Source: Phoronis australis
Lineage: Eukaryota > Animalia > Phoronida
Assembly (NCBI GenBank): GCA_002633005.1
Contig: NMRA01000697.1
Coordinates: 1 to 64,000, forward strand
Direction: 5' to 3'
DNA length: 64,000 nucleotides
The notes beneath the pieces are model-generated. The model had not been told where the DNA came from and made no database searches. It saw only the letters and a list, made by a program, of their open reading frames with translations. A program made the position numbers and the translations under genes. Shown here in pieces: positions 41,201 to 51,788 of the stretch (within the stretch, counting starts at the first letter, position 1; every line of letters begins with the position of its first letter).

Positions 41201-44200
41201 GGTTCAAGAACTAATGCATTGATCTTAATATAAAATTTTCCAGTATTACTACACAAATTATACAATCAAACTCCTACCTAAACTGGAATAAGTCAAAGTT
41301 TTGCATTTTCTGCTTAGTAAAGTAGATGTGGATATGTCAGAAAGACCAGATACACAGGACAAACCACATTACATCAAAACAACCTATGAAGTGAAGAGAT
41401 GATATTCTCATACAATACAGCATTTGTCACTCTTAAAACTGATATGAATGACACCTTGAACAAGAAAGCTGAACTTTCTGGATTCCATACCTTCAACAGA
41501 TATGCTGAAAATTTTCCACAATAAAAGACCAGCTGCATCCTTCTGCTTGAAGCCAACCAATAGTGTATTTAAAAACTGCGGACCCAAAATAAAGGTATCA
41601 AACAAGCATGTAAGCGTTGCATATATACTTCCAGGTCTGAAAAAGAAAACAAACTATCAATTACTCATAACTGCACATTTTTTAAACATAAACCAGACAT
41701 GACACAAATAATGTTGAAAGGAACCATTTGTAATTACTGTCATTTTCAACAGTCGACAAAACAACTTTCTTCTCCTCTCAAAAGAGTAAAAAAATGAAAT
41801 CTTAAGTTATGCTTCATGCTACAGTACAACCATGGTTCAAAGGCAAGTGCTTGAGTTCTTATGAACAAGTGATGTAATAAAATAAAACAATTATTGTCAA
41901 ATACTACTTCTCTGCACTAAATTAACTTCATCTTAAATTGTCTAAATACTTGCAATCTCACAAATTTTCTCAACTCTGAAAACAAAATATATCAAGTATG
42001 TAGACTCATGAAAATGGCGACAATAGTGAATTCCCTTAACAATCTTAGAATTGAGCTTCACATTTCCAAATACAAGCCTTTACCTATTAGCACAATTTTC
42101 CCACGAACAGCTCTCATTTATTAAATGCAAAAGCAACCAAATTTTCATTTATAAGGCAATCACAGCTATAATAAATGTATCATACAACACACTCCACATC
42201 ACTGCCCACAGCATGCTTGTCATACCTGAAGCCCACAATTACAGACGAGTTGTAATTATTCAAGCCACCTAATACACCATCAACCTGAAATAAACGCAGA
42301 GAAGTCACAAACACAGTGGTTGGAGCCATAGTCACGGATGCTCAAGAGAGTGAAATCTGAAATGTGGGGTTAGTACCATACTGGGAATTTCCGAAAATAG
42401 GCCCGCTAGCAGATATTCAGAATACGACCTTTCAAAAACATCAAATGAAACCAAATATATCCGAGTCCACATTTCGAAAAGGGGTGCCATATTTTCGGAA
42501 ACTGTAATACAGTTAGTTACCGACAATCACCCAATATCTCATTGAGTCATTTGAATGAAATCACAATCCCAGAACAATACATGAAATACTCAAAACATGC
42601 TCAGGTACCAAAAATACACCCATGGCCATACTTTTGGATTTTTTTCTGAAAATACAGCCATGTACTTTCGTGTAGGCCAATTTTCGTAAATTCCCAGAAC
42701 ATAATTCACCATAAACACAATTGTCCGAGGTCAGTTGTTTGATGACTTGCAGTTTCAATGCATTGACAGTCATAGACAAGACCGCTACTACCACAGACTA
42801 GGGATCGACATTTAATCATAAGTGAGTGACGTCATTTGCGATCGAGGAACAGATAAACCCAAGCCAAGCGCCTGTGGTTGAGGCCGTGTTCTTCACCGGC
42901 AACGCTCGCTAGATCGTATCAATAGTATGGTTTACAAGCAGAAGTGGGTTTGGCCGAATTGTTCACGAAAGTGCCGCACCGTCATTCTTGTAAAGATCCC
43001 AACGAGATCAATGTCGACACCGACTGTGTGGCACGTACTAATTAACGAACTAGTTAGGCCTACTCAATGAGGCACAAGAGAGTCAAACCGGAAGCGTCAT
43101 GTAAAAGCATATATTTTCACACCTCCATTAATAAAAAGTGTCACCTAACACGATTCGACTCGGGACGATGCGTATTAGCCTGAAACACTTACTTGCTTGA
43201 GTAATTCTGTTGAAATGTTTTGATATAACTGTGAAGACTTGTTTGTAAGATCATCACTCCAATTCGCTGAAATTCCTATTTCGACATGGAACATGTTTGA
43301 ACCTGAAAATATACAAGCAGAAATGCACATTGTAAAAAATGCTATGACTTCAGTCAATCCCTTGCTTGATACAGGCAAGCAAGAGGACATCACGTGTTTG
43401 AATACACACAGGACTGGAAAATGTACGACTGGGACCCGTCATGAGCGGTAAACTATCGGGGGATAAAAACTTGTGAGTTATCTGGAATTTTGCGCCGGTT
43501 TTTAATTAGCACGTGTTGATGCACTGTAACCTACCTCCTTTGCGGCAGTTACAATAAAATTGCCAAATTGATCCCAAAGACAGTTCAAAGGTTTCTTCGT
43601 GCCTTCATACACATACAACACAATGTAATACAATACTTTTATTTATATTTAGTTTTAAAATCATAATAAACCAACCTGTTATCGGAGTCGACGTCGATGA
43701 CTCTGTCGTCTTGGGTAATGTACCCACTTTGGTTGGAAATATAACTGAAAATAAGAACTTGAGTATTTACAATGAAATTGATTATTAAAAACCCGATTGA
43801 CATGTGTTAAAAATTCCAGTCCGTCATCGGCATGGTCGTGAGACACAGTCCGTTGGCCCTTTTTGTGTAATTTAATGAAAAGATCGTATGACAGATATAT
43901 GTCTTCTAGATTTCTCTATATTGTTTTTACCTGTTTGTTTTTATGCGTGCCCATCGTTAATAAATTTGTCACCGAATAGACAATCGATAAAATATTTTTC
44001 CGGTCAAATCATTGACTCAACCTATTTAGAGATTAGTAATAAAAAACACAAAAATAAAGAAGAACTTTCAAAAAAGTATTATTTGCTTCTTATAGGGGTG
44101 TGTCCCTATAAATCCGAAAGGATATAGTATGAAGGTTTTAAAAGTCTGAAAATCATAAAAATGTAGAGGTCTCTATACTCTCAAAGTTCTATAGAGCCTA

Positions 44201-45189
44201 CTATATAACCTTCGGACTTATAGAATCTTCACCTTTGGTCTATGGACATACTGAGCCATGATTTTCCTAAGAAATTGAATTACTTACCTAAGAAGAGCAC
44301 TAACAAAACGGCTGTTGTTACACTACACATCAGCAATAACAGTCCAGTGTAGCAACGGCAAGTTCCGTTTTCAAAGCTACATTTAAAAGAGTCTTTTTTC
44401 TTTATATCTTTCTCTTGTCCTCTTTTCAGGCTGCTGTAGATATGTTCTTTTGATTGCGCAACATCTGGCGTCGGTTTTTCATACATTTTACCCCCCACTG
44501 TTGCTCCCGGGGGGACATTTGACGTAGCCAACCTAACGCTTGACGTGTCTTCGTATGCTAAATTGTCATAACTAACAGCACCGCTATTTCCATTTTGACG
44601 CGCGGGAGGTGTACCTGGGACATCGACTACAATTGTCTCACTATTAATTGTTTCATAGGAGTTTCCACCTTCTGGTGTCGTTTTGCCATCATCGAATGCT
44701 CTGTTGTCATACATAGTCCTTACTGGTTTTCTTGAGATTCCACAATCCACTTGGTCCAGACTCACAGCACCTTCCAGCTTCTTACCTATCGCTTCTTGCT
44801 TATTTCGCGGAGCTGGGAGTGAATTAGACTTACTGGTCGTCTCTTTTTGTTGAGAAGTTGTAGCTTTTGGCTTGAATGTCCCAAAAGTTTGCGGAGGCGT
44901 GGTATTGTACACCTCTTCTGAATCACGAGGGGTCCTGGAAGACCCAAGAAATGCCAGTGGATCGGGGGATGGTGGGGGTTCTTCAACTTCGAAATATATA
45001 GGTTGATCAGAAGCCTTCTTAAAGTAGCTTAAGGCCTGAAAATTATAAAAACATTGACATTAAGTATCTTAGATTTTAATTCTCTGTCGTGGTTTCATAT
45101 AGTGCTTTGCGATAATCTGTCAAAATAAAAGTTTATGCAACCTAGAACACACTCACGTTAAGTGTTTCAAAATCAAAATCAATGGTCAT
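2985..45189 (-). CDS. Giant type II transmembrane mosaic serine protease (SEA, mucin-like stalk, 6 MAM, 23 LDLa, 2 SRCR-like, 2 trypsin-fold domains); enteropeptidase/MALRD1/nudel-like architecture, ~3102 aa, 45 exons
   Basis: Exons 5'->3' (high-low), phases compatible, GT-AG bounded: 45189-45157, 45035-44288, 43744-43676, 43302-43193, 42284-42226, 41636-41491, 41137-40370, 39498-39298, 38906-38769, 38417-36204, 35867-35529, 34667-34545, 34119-33976, 33475-33336, 32732-32646, 32182-32062, 31056-30943, 30298-30152, 29641-29409, 28748-28631, 26658-26542, 26235-26083, 25575-25433, 24369-24177, 23794-23672, 22759-22643, 21792-21679, 20819-20709, 20086-19970, 19252-19145, 18620-18507, 15415-15308, 11615-11502, 10840-10727, 9681-9574, 8578-8471, 7489-7382, 6954-6844, 6491-6356, 5792-5694, 5501-5455, 5257-5071, 4826-4561, 3723-3572, 3173-2985 (TAA). 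Sum 9309 nt, open throughout. The first exon is the least certain. Confidence 0.88.
4150..4222. repeat. (TA)n/(TACATA)n microsatellite
   Basis: Directly visible. Confidence 0.9.
5455..6491 (-). CDS. Second SRCR-like domain (exons 6491-6356, 5792-5694, 5501-5455)
   Basis: [17 protein letters not shown]...RVCKELG...[10 protein letters not shown] matches the TTSP-type SRCR pattern that precedes the protease. Confidence 0.82.
6844..23794 (-). CDS. Run of 14 single-LDLa exons (108-123 bp, all phase 1-1)
   Basis: Each exon encodes a six-Cys LDLa ending in C-x(2-6)-(S/T/E)DE-x(2-4)-C, e.g. [37 protein letters not shown] (11615-11502). Confidence 0.9.
10859..11069. repeat. ~106-bp tandem duplication (2 copies)
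   Basis: gttaaaatcactctca...gcaagttgtttgac starts at 10859 and at 10965. Confidence 0.92.
13797..14156. mobile_element. Non-autonomous TTAA-flanked MITE (Kolobok-like)
   Basis: TTAA at 13793-13796 and 14157-14160. Imperfect TIRs aaggattaacaaaccctg / cagggtttagtattctt. A similar solo end ttaa-aaggatactaaaccc lies at 7717-7735. Confidence 0.62.
14430..14499. repeat. Perfect 25-bp inverted repeat with 20-nt spacer
   Basis: aacactgtatgtttacataaatctt (14430-14454) / aagatttatgtaaacatacagtgtt (14475-14499). Confidence 0.9.
24177..35867 (-). CDS. Alternating LDLa/MAM block (MAM3 C-half, LDLa-MAM4, LDLa-MAM5, LDLa-MAM6), 14 exons
   Basis: MAM starts [19 protein letters not shown] and [10 protein letters not shown]; cores [22 protein letters not shown]; ends DIAIDD/DIALDE. 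Single-LDLa exons at 34545, 30943 and 26542. Confidence 0.9.
24991..25197. repeat. 35-bp minisatellite, ~6 copies
   Basis: Unit ~aYgttccccatataacacagtaactgcacttatga at 24991, 25026, 25062, 25097, 25132 and 25167. Confidence 0.93.
27390..28359. mobile_element. Tc1/mariner-superfamily (Tc2/pogo-like) non-autonomous element
   Basis: Perfect 25-bp TIRs ccgtattcgccgtaataaccgccca / tgggcggttattacggcgaatacgg, flanked by TA on both sides. Confidence 0.88.
33211..33360. repeat. 40-bp tandem repeat (~3.75 copies) overlapping an exon end and splice donor
   Basis: Sttacattgagagtccccac.cta.cccca units at 33211, 33251, 33291 and 33331. Confidence 0.93.
33901..33968. repeat. ~18-bp tandem repeat (agtttacaYtagaaaaaa), ~4 copies
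   Basis: Visible next to the donor of exon 34119-33976. Confidence 0.8.
36204..38417 (-). CDS. Exon 10 (2214 bp): LDLa-MAM2-3xLDLa-SRCR-serine protease 1-LDLa-start of MAM3
   Basis: ORF 36181-38367 (728 aa) extended to the tttag acceptor at 38418 and the gtaagt donor at 36203. Motifs PY|[38 protein letters not shown]. Confidence 0.96.
38769..39498 (-). CDS. MAM1 C-terminal exons (39498-39298, 38906-38769)
   Basis: GHYIYAEAS...[11 protein letters not shown]...[17 protein letters not shown]...DIAIDDV are MAM motifs. Confidence 0.92.
40370..41137 (-). CDS. Exon 7: Thr/Ser-rich mucin-like stalk + LDLa + start of MAM1
   Basis: 768-bp phase 1-1 exon within ORF 40326-41207. About 170 aa Thr-rich, then [34 protein letters not shown] and CDFERDCGY. 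Confidence 0.92.
41491..43302 (-). CDS. SEA domain (exons 43302-43193, 42284-42226, 41636-41491)
   Basis: Spliced translation ...[61 protein letters not shown]... contains SEA hallmarks (W/Y-xxDL-x-NxSS-x-Y and F-R-P-G-S-I/V). Confidence 0.8.
44288..45035 (-). CDS. Exon 2: cytoplasmic tail and signal-anchor TM helix
   Basis: Extends ORF 44280-44912 upstream in frame ([17 protein letters not shown]...). It ends in [21 protein letters not shown], continued by VIFP in exon 43744-43676. A basic KKK precedes the TM, consistent with type II orientation. Confidence 0.85.
45157..45189 (-). CDS. Candidate first coding exon ([11 protein letters not shown])
   Basis: ATG at 45189, 11 codons, then a GTGAGT donor. 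Phase 0 matches the ttttcag acceptor at 45036 (121-nt intron). No homology support. Confidence 0.5.
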
Positions 45190-48100
45190 TCGATGACCAA
45201 AGAAATACAAAGCAATATTTTCTTCAGATTTTATAACATGGCAAGCGATATTTTCCTAGATTTAAATCCCGAAGCATACGCCATGAATTGTTACCTCTTG
45301 ACTCTCTGACTTGTATTAAAACGATTCAAGCATAAACGTGGCCTTTTATACTTCAGTTCTTTGACCGAAGTACAAGTCGTGATGAATGTATGAGGTATGC
45401 GAAAGGTAGATAGTTCGTTTCATAACATTAGACGGATGCGCTTCATGAAAATACTATTCTGTATTCACTGATCCATTAACATATCTCCATATAAGGGAAG
45501 GGGTTGACAAAAGTCATTGTTACGGTGTTTTGTTAACCTGTCTGCGGGAGGCTATTGAATTATTTATGTTTGTTTAAAACGTGAGTGGTATTGTTTAGGT
45601 ATTTTTGTGGGTATTTAGACCTAAGGAAATCCTACGGGGACGCAGATTACACATAACTTAAGATTTTCGTCTTATGCATAGCAGTAGTTAAGTACACCGG
45701 AAATTTCTTTTTAAAATGAATTATTTCATAAAAACACGTTGCATTTTCAACTACTTAGAAGATTAGGACAATAATAAATACGAAAATAATAAATATTATT
45801 TATTGGCAGAATTTACAGTACAATTTTGTTCACTTTCCACTAACATAGCCTGACAGTGTACATTTAGCTAGCAAACGGACCAGTCAGTAAAACATGGAGT
45901 TAGCAATTAAACACTAAATACATGTCAATATTATTGCGATACAGAAGTATTTAACCTCAGCCACTAACAATCCACCACTTTCTGACACGCTAGCTAAATA
46001 TCGCATGTACGTGGGTAACAGGTGTGTTTATAATGAAAACACTCGTCCAAATAACAAGGAAACTCAAGTCTGGATGTCAGATATGAATCCGATAAACGGC
46101 AAGGGTCAATTACGTTATCTCGAGTGATCTCTATCTCCTCCGTAACCCAGTTGCCAGGTAATAAAATCCTGGGGTTTTATCTAATTTTATAACATTTCTT
46201 CAGTGAATTATCTGTTCCTGTAGAAAAAAGGAAAAGTGTCACATGAGATATTTACTGTTTTGACGTCATGTTTAGCCGTTGTCAATAATAATGATGGTTT
46301 CGAATGATAATATGACTAACGGAAATTGCTGCGCCCATTTCGCCTAATTTTTGTTTACGTCCAGCGTATTCTTGTGAAAACAGATTTGATCACCATGAAG
46401 TACTGGGTAGTAATTAGCCTACACCCACTTGATATAGGCAAAAAAGTTTATTGTATAAGCTTTGGTGTATTTAAGAAATAATAGCGTCTATGAAAAATCA
46501 TACGTATAGTAAACAATTTTTACCGGTCTCGCGGTATTTATGGAAGTCTTTGCGTGCATGATTTAATTTGGTACATGTTTTCAAGTGTTTGAACTAGAAT
46601 AACCTTTCGAGATAAGGTCTCTTAAATGCCTAGTACATCTCTTGTAAGGCTTCCGAAGTGTCACAAGAACTGCAATAACTGTCTACATCACAGCCTGTCC
46701 GCATGTTTTTTGACTGGGAGTTATTGAACTTCTCTCTTATTACGTATTATCCCTATCCTATAGAAACCATTTTTGTCTTCGGTTCACGAGATTCTCACAA
46801 TAAGGCAATTCTGCCTCGATAAATAGGAAATTTAACGAGTCACCAGATGTTTCCAAAACAATTCTTCTTATCTCGTCGTCATGTGACAACTTTGATTTTG
46901 ATAACATAAGTTGTAAAAGCGTACCTGTATGGGTTAGATGGAAGAGGCCGTGAGTGAAAACCACTTAGATAACATTTTTGCATAAAATGCTCACTCGACA
47001 TAGTTGAAGAATGACTTAGATGCAACGCATGCTCAAACGGAAATTCTAAAATTCTAGACATATTTACCTAGGAATATTACGCAAGAACCTAATGGGCTGA
47101 ATGAATGTCAATATAGTTTTAAGATTGCATTGAAGTTATCGTATGAAGTCGCACCTGACAAGGGAATCCGCAATAAAATATGAGCTTCAAGAAAAAATCA
47201 TTGACTGTAAACTTGTAACTGATCACTAATTCTTACAAAATAAAAATCTATCAGAATAAAATCATCAAACGAAAAAAAATCATCTTTATAAATGAAACTT
47301 GGGTCAGAGTGCGCTTTTGTGTAAAAATGCTATTTGTAAAGTAGTGCTTATTAATTGGACTTAAATACTCCAATATTCCCAAAGCCATATTAAATGATAT
47401 CTAGGATTTTTAAAGGTACTTTAGTTAGACAATATACGTGTTAATACACCGTTATTGTATTTACGCATTTTCAGGTGAATCTGACTGGTCAAAGTAACTG
47501 CACTCCTTGGTCAATTAAACCACACAAAACAAAAGAATCCGAGACAATTTCGCCATATGAAGGGGATACTTTGAAGTATCCTGATATGGAACTGATGAAA
47601 TTAAACTTATTGTTTAAGTGGGTTAAGCGTTCTAGTACAAAGGAAGGGGCAAGTTGCAGGCATCTATTCAACCGTATAGGCGGTCACCCCATTTTTCATT
47701 CAATTTTCAACTGAAATTATAAACGTTTAAAAACGTTTTTGGGATTCTTTACATCGATTTCATGTGTAAAGTGTTTATCTTGCATACTGAACCATCTGTA
47801 TAGTACTGTTTAGTTTGCTTCTTTGGCAAACAAATTGAAATTTTTAACACCATGCATACTCATGCTCAATATTACATTTATATGTCGCCGATACATGGGT
47901 CTCAACCATCTTCTAATAATTCGGCACAGTGAACGTTATTGTACTTCACGTTTCGAATAAAGCTTTAGAGCAGTGGAAGGTTCTGCCCGAATTTCTTTAA
48001 AATGAATAAAACAGTATACCCTTTACATAATAGTTATTATATTTTTAACCTTCGTCTTATTGTAACAAAATAGACATTTTTCATGAAGATAAGCCTATGC

Positions 48101-50813
48101 AAAATGTAAATACAATTTAAGTGAATTAAATCGAATGAATGTTTGTGTGTGAATGAGTGCACGGAAGTCCCTCTTCTTACCATTTCATCTACCCCTCTTT
48201 TATAATAATCTCATGTTAATTGTACGGCCAGTCACCACGAGTTATTTTCAAAATACATATTTGTTATGCATGATGTATTATCATTTATGTTGTAATGATA
48301 TGTAGGTGGGGCCACCCAACGCCAGTCATATCCACTAATTGTTAACAATATGATTTTTTGGGTAAATAAATGTATTAAAAGATGTACTCTTCCCATGGGT
48401 CTGTATAATATTTGAGAAGCTTCAAGCTGTATTTGTAAATCTTTAGCCATATTTGAAGGGGCAATTATAGCAGATAATAGTCGTGTTCTTGATTTACGGG
48501 TTATGGAGTGCTTGAAAACTTGATGGTCGTCGCTTAAAATGTCGTACAATGACAAGTCACTTTATCGAGCCTGATCCCAACTAACTATCACTTATTACCA
48601 CGCCTAGAATTCGTCTCTAATCCTTGTAAGTAAGAGGGTAGTGCTAGGTTTTTGTTTGACGGAAGATGGGCTTACAGTCGTTTGAAATAGCTCTGGTCAC
48701 ATGTTAAAAGCTTGTCTGCTCTTCCAGACAAATAATTAGAGTAGAATTGTATCGTGGTTGTTTATATTTCATTATTTTGATCAAAAATGGGAAAAACCCG
48801 TTAAGGAAATGAAAGTTACAGTATATGATTGCTTCTTTGAGCCGACAGAAAAGGGATATCCAGACGCAAAAACAAGGCGCACAATATACGAGCCATGTTT
48901 GGATTTATGCTCACAGAAAACGCCGATAATTGTTGAATTTGAATACACTTTGTCGCTGAAGAGAGTTCGGGCATTATAATGGACAAAAGATTTTGATAAT
49001 GTGTTATGGTTGGCCGTAGGCTTGTCAATTGAATAGATAACCGAAGGTCAAGCTGCTCACTCTATACCAGGGTTAACCATTGGGGAAATTTCCCCCACAA
49101 ATATACATTACAAAGAAACAAATTTCTAAGTAAATCTGTTGCTAGGAAAATCTTCTAAATTTGAATATAATTGGACAACTAACTGTCACATCATGAAACA
49201 ATAAATTGGTAAAACAGTGATAAGATATGCCGTACTGCAGACTGGACTAAGTACAAAGTCGAGAGTTTCGTGTAAACGAATTTGTGGATTCAGTAATTCG
49301 GCGTGGAAATTACTATACGTTTTTACATAATGTACCTCAGATTAGATATTTCCAATACTATACAGCGTGATCACATGGGCCTACCTGAACAGAGTCAAAG
49401 TCTGTACGTCGCGGCATCTTGAAAGCGTTCACAATATCTGCTGGGCGATAATTTCCTGTTAAAATGAAATTGTACCAATTTCAGGGAAGCTGAGCGTCGG
49501 GCTCTTATCTTTTAGAGTCTGCTGCCACATGTAAATTTTGTAGAGGAATGACTCAAAAAATAAATAAATCTTTGCTTTCGTCATGACTGTTGTAGCATAT
49601 CGTGACCTAGATACTCCACACAGGCTTGTTGGCACAAGCTTTAGGTAAAATCAAAAGTAAAATCCACACTTGTACCTCGAACGTGTCTCACGCGTTCACT
49701 TGATAGCAATGATGTGAATTTTTATGTAATCCGGGATTATAACTAAAATCCCAATATCGAAATTCCGATAATCGTGTTACAAGCTATCTCATCGCCGAAC
49801 TTGTCGCATGTAGGTTGGCAAGTAACACCTCTGATCGTCGATGACCTCCTCAACAATACCGGCCGTCGAGCTTCGTAATCCTAACCTCAGACCACGAGTC
49901 CTAACAAATACCTGGCAATTGTTAATGTTTAGTAGCTGGACATAACTCGACAAATAACAGTGTGGGTAGACTCGTAATAGGGTGGGGTGCGCCTAGGCGA
50001 GTCTAGTCATACATAAACAACCCGAGGGAATGAGAATTACAACGATTGATTTTAATCATGCATTAATCGTCAGGTATATAAGCTGCAAGGTAATTATTAC
50101 AGGTTACATGTTTAATGCGTCATGCTTTTAAATACGCAAACCACAATACAGCAATCACATTTAAGACCGATTTATGTAATATTTATATAGGTCACAACTG
50201 AGGTAAATTAAAATAGAACCCCTGATTGATACGTTTCAATACACCTATATCGAACACTGAGATTGGCTTTGGTACACTCAGATCAATGGTTTTACTTATT
50301 ATCGGAGGAAAGTTTCAAAATAGCAAGCGATACCTTTCGCTTATTGGATTCTGCTTTCCCACGAGCTCTGACAGGCCCGGACTGCACGTTTTGTAACAAT
50401 TGAAACATAGTTGTTATTAAAGCAGCACATAAAATGGGGCCCGATAACAATTTTATACCACCGACTTTGGCTGTTGTATCAAATGGGCGCTTATTGTTAA
50501 CCCCAATTTGTTACGAAGTCAAAAAAATAGTCGCTCCCCACAACCAGCTTTGGGTCACTCCCATGAAGGTGAGATAAAGGGGATACTAGGCCTACCATGA
50601 GATATTTCCAAGGCTTAGCTCGGAGGTGTACTACAACAGCCTGCTCGGGGTTACTCGCAAACGTCTAGCTGTGATGATAAGAACAGTTTTAAGTCATTTG
50701 TGAGGGGGCTTGAAACCTTCGATGGGCTCTCAGTATTACCTAAAAGAACATTCCTTGACCGTCAGCTATTTTTTTCAAGCTAATTAAATCAGTTTTTGAC
50801 AACAGTAAGATTA

Positions 50814-51085
50814 AAAACCGGACGATCGCCGCACAAGTAAAAAAGTCCATGTTCAATCAACGTTTCGTCTATTCATAAGACATCATCAGAATCATATTTA
50901 CAAAGAGAACCTAATAAGGAATTACTGTACATTGAGTCTCTGCATAACATGCAGAGCTCAGTGACCCTGCAACTATGGTGATGACCAGCTGCTGACTATA
51001 TTCCCTGTATCTCTCACTTCACTTTATGGATGTTACCTGAGCTGTTTGTTGGCACTTGTTGTCCTTTGTAAATCAAGATCCTGAG
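50814..51085. repeat. Dispersed repeat, copy 2, with hammerhead-like core on the minus strand
   Basis: Homologous to 2297-2575. The minus strand of 50859-50889 reads CTGATGA-T-GTCT-tatgaat-AGAC-GAAA-cgtt. Confidence 0.75.
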
Positions 51086-51127
51086 CTAAGAAAAACAAGA
51101 AATCCATAAATTTTTAACGAAATTCTT

Positions 51128-51788
51128 TCAATTGTGTCTTTCATATAGGAGGAATCCTTGCACTTGAAGAAAGTCCCATTCTTTATTGTTCTTTGAATAG
51201 CCCAGGCGTACTGCTAGTAATAAACTGGACACTTGGCAAAAACGTGGACTTAGAGGGACGTTATCGTTTTCAGGGCAAAGAACGCATTTTCGTATTTTAG
51301 GGTCATTGTTGCTGGGGATAGACTGCTTATAGTTATAAAATTTGGCCAGAGCTGTAAAACAACAAAATGCGTTGTATTTTTGTGATTTTAATGCAAATAG
51401 ACACTTCTTGTCGTTGCTAGCCAGACATTCGCTGAAACCAGTGCCGGTCATCAGATAGTACACACGCTATGAATACCCTTTGACGTATCCTGTGGATTTA
51501 ACCATCAGCAGACGGTTATGTTTGGCTACGACAGCGGGCCGCGGCGTTGCAGGTTCGGTTTCTCGCTAAGGCTGCTTTCAGAAATTCATATTCTCGCCGA
51601 TCATGCCCGTTTAAAATTCTATAAGTGTTAGATCGCATACTCCTGTTAGAAAAATAACAAGGTCTCTTCCAACTGTTCAGTCCACTATCCGTATCAAGGC
51701 CATGGATAAAGTAATGATACCCGTCCAAAAAGTGATATCCTAACATCTCATCCATAGATGAAAGGGGTAAAACGAGCGTTACGGTCAA
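51128..51788 (-). pseudogene. Possible decayed coding sequence of unknown family
   Basis: Two adjacent minus-strand ORFs (90 and 111 aa) joinable by one frameshift and one TAG; higher GC/CpG than the flanks; no recognised motif. Confidence 0.25.

Noticed and set aside
45295-45333. Alternative first exon ATG CTT GAA...GAG|gtaac
   Set aside because: In-frame TAA before the donor; at most a UTR exon or uORF.
46500-49050. Several 60-107 aa ORFs upstream of the protease gene
   Set aside because: No recognisable motif or consistent splice pattern; possibly old TE debris but unsupported.
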